Assembly: GCA_947630455.1 (NCBI GenBank)
Contig: CANRHP010000006.1
Coordinates: 1-46,048, forward strand
Length of the DNA stretch: 46,048 nucleotides
DNA from: an uncultured Clostridia bacterium
GTDB taxonomy: Bacteria > Bacillota > Clostridia > Christensenellales > CAG-314
Direction of reading: 5' to 3'
Part shown: piece after piece, positions 1-7,982 of the stretch
How the letters are laid out: each line of letters opens with the position of its first letter
How positions within the stretch are numbered: the stretch's first letter is position 1
Position numbers and translations under genes: made by a program
The notes under the pieces: generated by a model
The model's database searches: none
What the model was told of the DNA's origin: nothing
The model's input: the letters and a program-made list of their open reading frames with translations, nothing else

Positions 1-41
1 AAGGAGATGACCAGGTTCTTTACTTCTAATTTCTTTTCCAT
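1..41 (-). CDS. oppD: Oligopeptide ABC transporter ATP-binding protein, N-terminus only (runs off the window)
   Basis: Reverse strand reads ATG GAA AAG AAA TTA GAA GTA AAG AAC CTG GTC ATC TCC = MEKKLEVKNLVIS, the typical OppD start (LEVKNL), with a GGAGG RBS inside the end of oppC. Confidence 0.8.
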   Translation of the reverse strand, partial: MEKKLEVKNLVIS

Positions 42-45
42 AATC

Positions 46-1941
46 TTAGCCCTCCGAACCACGCAAGGTGGGATTGACCGCGTCACGCAATCCGTTGCCG
101 AACAGGTTGAAACTGATCATCAACAAAGCCATTACAATGGACGGGATCACAATCAAATATGGGTGAGATTGAATGTATTGTTGATTATCAGACAACATAA
201 CGCCGAAAGAAGAAGTACCCTTCAACCCGAGATTCAGGTAAGCAAGCGTTGCTTCACTATAAATTACACTGGGAATCATCAACACCGATGAGGTAATAAT
301 AGTGCCCATGGAATTGGGTAGAATGTGCTTAAAAATCAGTCGCCAATCTTTTGCTCCTAGGGTTCTTGCTGCAAGCACGTGCTCCATATTTTTAAAACGG
401 TAAAATTGTGTACGAGTCAAGCCCGCAGTGCCCATCCAACCCGTCATACACAAAGCAAGGAAGAATGTGAAGAAGTTGTTGCCCAAGTGCAAAATACACA
501 GCGTCATAACAACTATCCAAGGCACACCGCCGAGAATATCCGTAAAGCGTTCCATAGACAAATCTACCCAACCGCCGAAATAACCACAGGTGGATCCCCA
601 AACCAAGCCGAATAGAAAACAAAACAGAAAGGTGCAGACGCCCAGAATAAGGGACGTTCGTAAACCATTGAACATTTGAGTAAATACATCAATTCCGTTA
701 GCGTCCGTACCGAAAATAAACTTGGGCATGTTTTTGTAACCCATTTGACGATAACGAGCACTCATTGCTGTCAATTCTTGCAGTTTTCCCGTACGCGTGT
801 TAAGGGTTTGACCCGTTACGAAATCAATCGGGCATTCGTCAGATAATTTTTCAAAAGATTCTGGTCCTATGGACGCATCATATTTACACCAACCATTTTT
901 AATAAATTCGTCTATTTCTGAACGAGCATAAGTTACCTCAATGGCATCATACACATTAGCGTAAGTATCAAAGACAAAGTCGCAATAGTAAACCTCAGAG
1001 GCGTAAACCCCTTTACGGAAATTATTTTTGCTTATTCCACCCCAATATCCTTTTGGAATCACACCGAACGCATCCTTAGAGAGCAAAACCATTTGAGTTG
1101 CATCTGTGAAACTCACTATTTGTAGTTCTTCTGTATTTTTTACGTCATCGTCGGCGGTGAAAACGCAACTTTTCAACAGTATGTATGAGTATGCGCCTTC
1201 GGTTGCTTTTAGTTCAAATTGAAGTTTTACGATTGCTGATTCTAAACCCAGAGTTTGCAAGGTGTTGGATAAATCAAATTCACAAGAAGAATAATCCTTT
1301 GACCAATCTTTTAACGTAACTTGTTCATTATTGACATTAAGCAGGATGCGATATTCGCCTATATTTTCATTGTAGATATTTGTTTGATTGCCAAATTGAA
1401 CACTGGCCTTGTAGTGTCCTTTATCTGTTACAGTGAAACTGTCAGACGAAAGCGTTGCGGGTTCAATACCACTTTTATCTTGATTTTCGAACATAACATA
1501 ACCGCCACGACCATAAGAAAGCGCCTGATCGATTAATGTTGGTTCTTCATCTAATGTGAGGTTAAGTACAGCTCCTTTGTAAAAATTAGCAGGGGTTTCG
1601 TTAATAGTGTCATATACTATGTGCTTATACTTGCGTGTACCGTCCCAAAATCCCGTGCCAGTTTCAAACAGTTTTGGCTCCAAAAAAACTTCTTTTGGGC
1701 TGACAGAATTAATATCATGAGTAGAAAACATTGGCGCAAAAATCGCAAAAAGAATAATTATGCCCAATATTATTGCCGCAACAACAGATGATTTGTTTTT
1801 GCAAAAACGACGGAAAGAATCGCGCGCGAAACTGACCGCTTTAGTATCAAGCTTTTTGTCGTGCAAATTGCCTTCTTCGTGAGCGAAGACAAATTTTGAA
1901 TCAGGTATGCTGTTGTATTGTTCAAATTGTTGTTTGTTCAT
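46..1941 (-). CDS. oppC: Oligopeptide ABC transporter permease OppC with a large extracytoplasmic insertion
   Basis: OppC N-terminal motif (SFARDSFRRFCKNKSSVVA), FGTD motif, EAA loop (VLAARTLGA..RLIFKHILPN), C-terminal FGNGLRDAVNP; start taken as MNKQQ at 1941, just after the oppB stop. Confidence 0.9.
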   Translation of the reverse strand: MNKQQFEQYNSIPDSKFVFAHEEGNLHDKKLDTKAVSFARDSFRRFCKNKSSVVAAIILGIIILFAIFAPMFSTHDINSVSPKEVFLEPKLFETGTGFWDGTRKYKHIVYDTINETPANFYKGAVLNLTLDEEPTLIDQALSYGRGGYVMFENQDKSGIEPATLSSDSFTVTDKGHYKASVQFGNQTNIYNENIGEYRILLNVNNEQVTLKDWSKDYSSCEFDLSNTLQTLGLESAIVKLQFELKATEGAYSYILLKSCVFTADDDVKNTEELQIVSFTDATQMVLLSKDAFGVIPKGYWGGISKNNFRKGVYASEVYYCDFVFDTYANVYDAIEVTYARSEIDEFIKNGWCKYDASIGPESFEKLSDECPIDFVTGQTLNTRTGKLQELTAMSARYRQMGYKNMPKFIFGTDANGIDVFTQMFNGLRTSLILGVCTFLFCFLFGLVWGSTCGYFGGWVDLSMERFTDILGGVPWIVVMTLCILHLGNNFFTFFLALCMTGWMGTAGLTRTQFYRFKNMEHVLAARTLGAKDWRLIFKHILPNSMGTIITSSVLMIPSVIYSEATLAYLNLGLKGTSSFGVMLSDNQQYIQSHPYLIVIPSIVMALLMISFNLFGNGLRDAVNPTLRGSEG

Positions 1942-1942
1942 A

Positions 1943-2974
1943 TTATCTCGCCCCCATACGTATTCTCGGGTCAATGATGCCGTAGGACATGTCCAACAAT
2001 ACTCCCGCAAGTAATCCTAATGTAGTAAATATTGCCATATCCACAAATAATACATTATAGTCCTGCGAGTTCATTGATCGCACAAATAATTGACCGATGC
2101 CCGGTATACCGTACAATTGCTCCAAAATCATTGAACCACCAAGTATACCTATGAATTCTGCCAAAACCGATGGGAAAATAGGAACCATTGCGTTACGTAA
2201 TGCATGACGAATAATTGCCTGTCCGCGCGTCAGTCCTTTGGTGCGCGCAAGCAACAGGTATTCGCTCTCCATCACCTCGCACAATTCTGCTCTTACTGCA
2301 CGACAATAGCCGCAAATAGATCCAAGCGATAGACAAAACACAGGTAATATGTAACCAAGTATTTTTTTACTCGTCGGATCCGTTGGATTTGGCCATTGTG
2401 TAGGCAATACGGTATTGTTGTAGCACAAGAGAAGCATGAGGAAAGTAATCAAAACAAATCCCGGCAAAGAAATGAGTATCATTACCGCCGTTGAAATTAT
2501 CGTATCCGTCATTTTGCCCTTTTTGAGAGCCGCCCAAATTCCCAAGGCGATGCCGATTGGTACCGAAAAAATAACTGAGAAAATGTTTATCTTCATTGAG
2601 GTCAACAGTCTCTCACCTATAATTACGGTTGCATCCACATTGGGCATTATTACTTCGGAAGATCCCCAATCCCAACGGGTAACAATGTTTCTGATCCAAG
2701 AAAAATATTGTTGTAAAACCGGCGTTTTGTAATAGTACGTTGTGCTTCCATCCTCATAAGTTAGCTTATCAACGTAGTCATCTGTCAATTTTTCAGTAGA
2801 AGAATATAGATAGCCAAGACGTACTTCATTTTCATAGAATGCCGTACGTGTTCCAAGTTTTCCCGTCAACATTCTTTGAGGCGGAAGCATTTTAATTAAT
2901 ATGAATGTCAGAGAAAGAATAATAAAGGCAGTTATCAGTGCTAACCCTATTCTTTTGAGAATGTATTTCCACAT
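1943..2974 (-). CDS. oppB: Oligopeptide ABC transporter permease OppB
   Basis: MWKYILKRI start, EAA loop (YLLLARTKGLT..IIRHALRNA), C-terminal YGIIDPRIR. Confidence 0.93.
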   Translation of the reverse strand: MWKYILKRIGLALITAFIILSLTFILIKMLPPQRMLTGKLGTRTAFYENEVRLGYLYSSTEKLTDDYVDKLTYEDGSTTYYYKTPVLQQYFSWIRNIVTRWDWGSSEVIMPNVDATVIIGERLLTSMKINIFSVIFSVPIGIALGIWAALKKGKMTDTIISTAVMILISLPGFVLITFLMLLLCYNNTVLPTQWPNPTDPTSKKILGYILPVFCLSLGSICGYCRAVRAELCEVMESEYLLLARTKGLTRGQAIIRHALRNAMVPIFPSVLAEFIGILGGSMILEQLYGIPGIGQLFVRSMNSQDYNVLFVDMAIFTTLGLLAGVLLDMSYGIIDPRIRMGAR

Positions 2975-2990
2975 AGTAGCTCCTTGTAAA

Positions 2991-3142
2991 TGTAACTAAG
3001 TTTTTGTACTCGAAAATACAAAAGCTTCGTTACACTAAAATTACTAATAGTGACGAAAAGGCTTAATTTTTTGGGTTAAGCCTTTTGTTACTAATAGCGG
3101 TTGTCACCCGCTGTCGGATTGGCTCATAGTCAAACCGACAGC
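2991..3142. repeat. Three tandem inverted repeats in the oppA-oppB spacer
   Basis: Hairpins at 2991-3034 (TGTAAC..GTTACA), 3048-3093 (TAGTGACGAAAAGGCTTAA/TTAAGCCTTTTGTTACTA) and 3110-3142 (GCTGTCGG/CCGACAGC). Confidence 0.8.
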
Positions 3143-3162
3143 ATTTAACAAATCTCAACTGA

Positions 3163-6100
3163 TTATTCAGCAGCAGTGTCGGACACAAAAACGTGTGCTG
3201 AGCTGAATGTTACCGTCCAACCGGTAGCTATAGTAAGCTCTACCGTGAAACCCTGTGCTGTGGAGTAGTCAACTTTGCCAACCGTACCGCCGAACAGCTT
3301 GGAGTAGTCACTCTTGGCAATTTTTACTTTGATGGTATAGATACCGTTATCATCTGGTCCAGAAACCGTGACAGTTGCATCGGCAGACAATTTTGTGGGA
3401 TTTCCATCTCCTTCTTTGGAATAACCAACCAATTTGGCATTTGCGGCAGTGAGAGTACTTCCAGCAAGCCCGATCGCTTTGAAAGTAGCTACAACGTCTT
3501 GTGTTGTTTCTTCTGTTTCGTAGGAAACAGAACCAAATGCAAAGCCAACGTACCAGCTATCTACAATGCTCAAATATGTGGGATCGAGTTTGCCTTCAAT
3601 GGAGAAGGATGCGTAGAGGTCGATACCGACGTTTTTCAGATATGGAGCATAGTTGAATTGTACAAACTGTTCCAAAGGTATACTCAACGTATAGGTAACT
3701 AATGTTCCGTCTGTGCTAACAACGGGTTGTCCTTGGATAAACTCTTTGACGCTGAACTCGGTGTACTCGTAGCCGTTTTCGTTATCAGCAACTTTGTAAC
3801 CGAACAGGATAAAGTCTACATCTTCAAGTTTGACATCGGGTTGTTTCTCAATTGTCAAAACAGCCGTTACGTTGTCTCCATCCAACTCGAAGCTACCGTC
3901 GCCAACACCAACGAAGGATTCACCCGTAAGTTTGCCGTTCGCAATTTGACTAGGAGTTTGAGTCACTGTATACAGTGAGTCGAAAGACCAACGCAGTCCA
4001 TTGTAAACCAATAACTCGGAGTCGGGATCGGATGTATCGGCACCCCAGTTAAGCGTAAAGCCTGTGGAGATAATGGGGTCGGAGGACATAACTTGCATAA
4101 AGTTCAACGGATCGAGTGTGTTGCCTTCGATTGCACCGAATCCGATGTCGAATTGGCCGGCCATAATTCTGTCGTAAGCGTCGTTGGGGTCACCTGTAGG
4201 CGAACACCAGAATTCAACATTGAGTTTGTAGCAGCCGCCGCTTACTGAGTCGTGATTGAACGCGTCTTCCCAATATTGTTTGATATATTGGTGATATGTT
4301 GTTTCCATGGCAGTCGTCCACCAAGCGATTTCAATATTGATTACTGTGGGGTTCTCTCTTGTGCCACGAGTGTAGGCTCCGCTTGCTTCTAATTCATCAA
4401 GAGCCATACGGAAATAGTCTCTTGCAAGTTCCAACGAATATCCTCCGCTGTCTGTACCGTCAAGTAGTCCAGCAATTGCTTTTTCATGAGCTTCGGTCAA
4501 GTTGTAAGCAATGTTATTCTCTGGGTCGGACATGTATGCGCTGGACAGATAACTAACAGAGGATACAGCTCCCTTTATTGCTGCAAATGTGTTTCTGTCA
4601 ATAGCATAAGACAACGCGCTGCGGAAATGCGAGTTATTCAAAGCCGGTTCGCATTGCCAAGTGTCGGCAGCAGGAGTTTGAGTGACGGTTCCGTTTTCGC
4701 CGAACAACTCTTCCCAAGTATCCTGATCGAGTGCGTTAAAGTTAAGTTTCAACGTTGTATCGCCGGTAGTGTGTCTCGTGCGCGGGTCATTTGCATATTC
4801 CGCAAGTTTTGTTTGTGGAATACCTGTTTGGTCTATTTTGTTCGCAAGGAATTCTTTAAATCCCGCTTCCTCGTCAGTCTTTGCAGCTTCCAAAATATTG
4901 ATGTGAATACCAGGGATGCTGTACTTTGTATTTGCATATACATAGTTGGGATTCTTCTTATAAACAACTTGACTACTTGCATCCCAACGTTCAAGTGTGT
5001 AAGCTCCCAAAGACAAACTATTATCTACGGGAGTTTCCGTCTTGTCACTGTTGAAACCAAGGTAGTTGTCTATCGTTACAGTATCAAGGAATGACTTGGG
5101 AAGAGGCATGTACATGCCACTACTGATGTAGTAGCGCGCATAGAATGCCGTGCAAGCTTCGGTATAGGTAACCGTAAACCACCATTCGCCGTCTTTATCC
5201 TCAATTTTGAGTCCAACTTTGGAGAAGTCCGCAGTTTCGTTTACACCAGTAGGACCACCTTTTGTAGCCTCAAAGTAAGCTTTTGCTCCCGCAATGGTGC
5301 CAGCGCCGGTGGAGTTTGCCATCTCTTCGCCGCGGAACAATCCGTTGGCGCCGTTAAGCAATGCCTTGAACGGTGTGAGGTAGTCTTCCATCTCAATAAC
5401 ACGATCATTGAATTCAGAATGTTTGCCCAACGTATTATATTTGACGTCTTTGCGAACTCTGAATGTCCAACTTCTGGACGTGACGCCGTTGCCGCCTTCG
5501 TCGGCAGGAGTCATTTCCGCATCAATGGCAAGTTCAGGAACCCAATCGTAACCATCTTTAGTTGCGTTCATAAAAGTCGTGTAGAAACCGGCTCCAATGT
5601 AGCCGTAAAAAGAAGATATTTCACTGTCATTGGCATCCCAATAGTTCGCCGTACCGGGATCTTGCGAGTTGTAAGTGTGATAGTATTTCTTCCAAGCCGC
5701 GTTGGATTCTGTATCTAAGTCAGACGTGATGCTACCTTCAGCAAGTGTACCGAAGCCGTAGCCGGGAATGTAGTTCTCCGTACCGAGTGTGATACGGGGA
5801 TTATACATCACGAGGCCGCCGTTTTCGTACAGGGTCATGCCCGTGATACCGGTGTTGACACCGTAGCCTTCCAGTAAACCGAGAATATCGGTTTTTTGAG
5901 CGGTTGTCAACTTGGTGTAGTCGTAAATTCCATTTGCCAAAGGTATAGCACTTGCAATAGCGGCTTTTGCGTCGTTAAATGCTTTCAAAACGGATTGGGT
6001 GTTCGTCCCTGCATTGATTGCAACGACACCGGCGTCATATGCGGCCGTTACATTTGCTGTTGTAGCGGAATCAAGACCTTCCACCCGATCTTTCAAATTT

Positions 6101-6405
6101 TCGAGTTCATCGATTATATACGATTTGTAATCGTCAAGTTCCAAAAACGGTTTGTTTGTGGTCACTGTTCCGCCTTGACTCTTCTCTCTGCCGCAAACGG
6201 TGCATTTGCCGTCGTCGCCCCATGTGTGGGCAGCTTTGTCGGCAACTTCACTCGTGTGCTCGCAGGTAGCTGCGTGCCAGTGATTAGTTTCATCGCTCGA
6301 CCATTCTTCCGCAAAAGTGTGGCTGTGTTGGCATGCTGTAAGCGCCAACGTAAAAGCCATCAAAACGGCAATGAGCAATGCAACCAGTGATTTTGCTTTT
6401 TTCAT
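3163..6405 (-). CDS. oppA: Multidomain peptide-binding lipoprotein (SBP family 5, OppA-like)
   Basis: Lipobox LALTAC, GGAGG RBS, family-5 motifs (VPELA..WTFRVRKDVKY, GAYTLERW..YKKNPNY, FRSALSYAIDR), first gene of the opp operon. Confidence 0.88.
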   Translation of the reverse strand: MKKAKSLVALLIAVLMAFTLALTACQHSHTFAEEWSSDETNHWHAATCEHTSEVADKAAHTWGDDGKCTVCGREKSQGGTVTTNKPFLELDDYKSYIIDELENLKDRVEGLDSATTANVTAAYDAGVVAINAGTNTQSVLKAFNDAKAAIASAIPLANGIYDYTKLTTAQKTDILGLLEGYGVNTGITGMTLYENGGLVMYNPRITLGTENYIPGYGFGTLAEGSITSDLDTESNAAWKKYYHTYNSQDPGTANYWDANDSEISSFYGYIGAGFYTTFMNATKDGYDWVPELAIDAEMTPADEGGNGVTSRSWTFRVRKDVKYNTLGKHSEFNDRVIEMEDYLTPFKALLNGANGLFRGEEMANSTGAGTIAGAKAYFEATKGGPTGVNETADFSKVGLKIEDKDGEWWFTVTYTEACTAFYARYYISSGMYMPLPKSFLDTVTIDNYLGFNSDKTETPVDNSLSLGAYTLERWDASSQVVYKKNPNYVYANTKYSIPGIHINILEAAKTDEEAGFKEFLANKIDQTGIPQTKLAEYANDPRTRHTTGDTTLKLNFNALDQDTWEELFGENGTVTQTPAADTWQCEPALNNSHFRSALSYAIDRNTFAAIKGAVSSVSYLSSAYMSDPENNIAYNLTEAHEKAIAGLLDGTDSGGYSLELARDYFRMALDELEASGAYTRGTRENPTVINIEIAWWTTAMETTYHQYIKQYWEDAFNHDSVSGGCYKLNVEFWCSPTGDPNDAYDRIMAGQFDIGFGAIEGNTLDPLNFMQVMSSDPIISTGFTLNWGADTSDPDSELLVYNGLRWSFDSLYTVTQTPSQIANGKLTGESFVGVGDGSFELDGDNVTAVLTIEKQPDVKLEDVDFILFGYKVADNENGYEYTEFSVKEFIQGQPVVSTDGTLVTYTLSIPLEQFVQFNYAPYLKNVGIDLYASFSIEGKLDPTYLSIVDSWYVGFAFGSVSYETEETTQDVVATFKAIGLAGSTLTAANAKLVGYSKEGDGNPTKLSADATVTVSGPDDNGIYTIKVKIAKSDYSKLFGGTVGKVDYSTAQGFTVELTIATGWTVTFSSAHVFVSDTAAE

Positions 6406-6596
6406 TGTTTTTCCTCCATAAAAGATTTTTTTAGATTTATCTGCACCGGGTTGTCAAAGCCCGATAGCAAGCTGTTGTTGCGGTCTACCCCTTTTTGTTT
6501 TTCACCCGTTTTTTCGGATGCAAATCAATATGCAGTGAAACCATTTTGCGGAGAAAAAATAAAAATGGTAGGCTATAATTGACTAAAATTGCGCCA

Positions 6597-6628
6597 ATTA
6601 TGCCACAAAAAAACGAAAACAGTGTAAA
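6597..6628 (-). promoter_or_regulatory. Probable oppA promoter (extended -10)
   Basis: Minus strand TGTGGCATAAT (TGn plus CATAAT at 6602-6597); TTTACA lies 20 bp upstream, a suboptimal spacing. Confidence 0.4.
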
Positions 6629-6706
6629 ATAGACGCTAACAACACAAATGCGGCGCTTGTTAAAAACTAATTTTGTGTCCGCGACGTTTTTACTAAGGAG
6701 GTTTAT

Positions 6707-7018
6707 ATGGCAGGAAAAGTTGGTATGCGTCACTACGACAAGGATTTTCGCATGACAGTGGTGGATCTTCACCTCAACAAAAGTTGGTCGCTTTCACAGT
6801 TGGAAGGAGAGTTTGGCATAAACGACACTCAAATACTCAACTGGTGTAAATGGTACAAGCAGTATGGTGTGCCTGTACAGCAAACGGGAAAGGTGCGCGG
6901 TCGCCCCAAAAAGAATTATTCCGACCCGTCGGAAAAAATCAAACGTCTGGAAATGGAGGTGGCGCTGTTAAAAAAATTCAACGAGTTGCTAATGGAAGAA
7001 GAAGCCAAAAGAAGATAG
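6707..7018 (+). CDS. IS3-family transposase OrfA (HTH)
   Basis: AAGGAGG RBS; HTH (YDKDFRMTVV..SLSQLEGEFGINDTQILNW), GRPK motif, coiled-coil IKRLEMEVALLKK. Confidence 0.9.
   Translation: MAGKVGMRHYDKDFRMTVVDLHLNKSWSLSQLEGEFGINDTQILNWCKWYKQYGVPVQQTGKVRGRPKKNYSDPSEKIKRLEMEVALLKKFNELLMEEEAKRR
6955..6976 (+). other. Programmed -1 ribosomal frameshift signal
   Basis: Internal GGAGG at 6955-6959 followed 10 nt later by A AAA AAA (6970-6976) in the orfA frame; orfB is in the -1 frame. Confidence 0.75.
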
Positions 7019-7866
7019 TGTTTGCCACTATAGCTTTTTTTAGCAACTCGTATGCGGTTTCTTCGATGTGTAAAACAATGGGCGTAAGCGTCAGCGGTTA
7101 CTACGGCTATTTACACCGCCGAAAGGATCGGGACGAACAGCTGCGTCGCCAAATCCTCGACATACAGCAGCGCTGCAATTATGTCTACGGATATCGTCGC
7201 GTCAAATTGGCTATTCTGCGGGAGACGGGATCGGTTGTCAACAACAAAGCGGTGCTGCGTGTTATGCGTAAGTACAAGCTGCTGTCGCATATCCGACGAC
7301 GCTTTGCCTATGCCCGCAGCAAGTATTCTCTGCGTAAGTATGACAACGTGTACAAACAGGATTTTTCCGCTACTGCCGCCAACCAAAAGTGGACGACGGA
7401 TATTTCCTATGTGCTGACTCCCGAAGGCACGTTGTTTCTATCCATAATCAAGGATGTTTATGACGGCTTTGTCGTGGGTTACAAGTATTCCGTCACGCAG
7501 GATCTGCGTCTTGTGTTTGATACCGTCAAAAATGCCGTTCGCAATTTTCCCGATTCAAGAGCCGTGCTTCATTCCGATCAGGGCTTTCAATATACAACGC
7601 AAAGCTATTGCAATCTGCTCAAGCGCTGCGGATTGCGCCCCAGTATGTCGCGCAAATCCACGCCTTTGGATAATGCCCCCGCCGAAAGCTTCTTTTCCGC
7701 ATTCAAGGCGGAGTGTATCTACTTGCGCCGTCCGCAAACCCTTGCCGAAGCCGCGAGGCTGGTGGACGAGTACATTGACTTTTACAATTATCGACGTATA
7801 CGTCTCAAAGATAAGTGTACTCCCTACGAAAAACGCCTTGCTTCGCTTTCATCAACGGCAGCTTGA
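6970..7866 (+). CDS. IS3-family transposase OrfB (DDE integrase core), probably expressed as an OrfAB fusion
   Basis: YGYRRV, KWTTDISY (D), LHSDQGFQY (D), DNAPAESFFSAFKAE (E), YIDFYNYRR; catalytic triad intact. Confidence 0.92.
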   Translation, partial: KKIQRVANGRRSQKKIVFATIAFFSNSYAVSSMCKTMGVSVSGYYGYLHRRKDRDEQLRRQILDIQQRCNYVYGYRRVKLAILRETGSVVNNKAVLRVMRKYKLLSHIRRRFAYARSKYSLRKYDNVYKQDFSATAANQKWTTDISYVLTPEGTLFLSIIKDVYDGFVVGYKYSVTQDLRLVFDTVKNAVRNFPDSRAVLHSDQGFQYTTQSYCNLLKRCGLRPSMSRKSTPLDNAPAESFFSAFKAECIYLRRPQTLAEAARLVDEYIDFYNYRRIRLKDKCTPYEKRLASLSSTAA

Positions 7867-7946
7867 GTTGTCTATGGGCATTTGATCATAAATTGCAAAA
7901 CTCTCAAAATTTTTCAAAAAAAATGCAAAAAGTCTTCTTTTTTTGT

Positions 7947-7976
7947 TTGACAGGGGGTTGTTTTTTGTGTTACAAT
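7947..7976 (+). promoter_or_regulatory. Sigma-A promoter of the S10 operon
   Basis: TTGACA-18 bp-TACAAT with TG at the extended -10 position and an A/T-rich upstream tract. Confidence 0.8.
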
Positions 7977-7982
7977 AATCAA

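Larger units (their letters stand above)
6623..7888 (+). mobile_element. IS3-family insertion sequence (ends approximate)
   Basis: HTH orfA plus overlapping -1 frame DDE orfB; candidate right end ...GTCTATGGGCATTTGATCA at 7888; no convincing IR pair or target duplication seen. Confidence 0.8.

Noticed and set aside
6479-6500. TGCGGTCTACCCC as the IS left inverted repeat
   Set aside because: Resembles IS3/IS150 ends superficially but has no complementary partner at the right end and would swallow the oppA promoter
6850-6969. Independent ATG start for IS OrfB
   Set aside because: No RBS and it lies within orfA; the -1 frameshift explains expression
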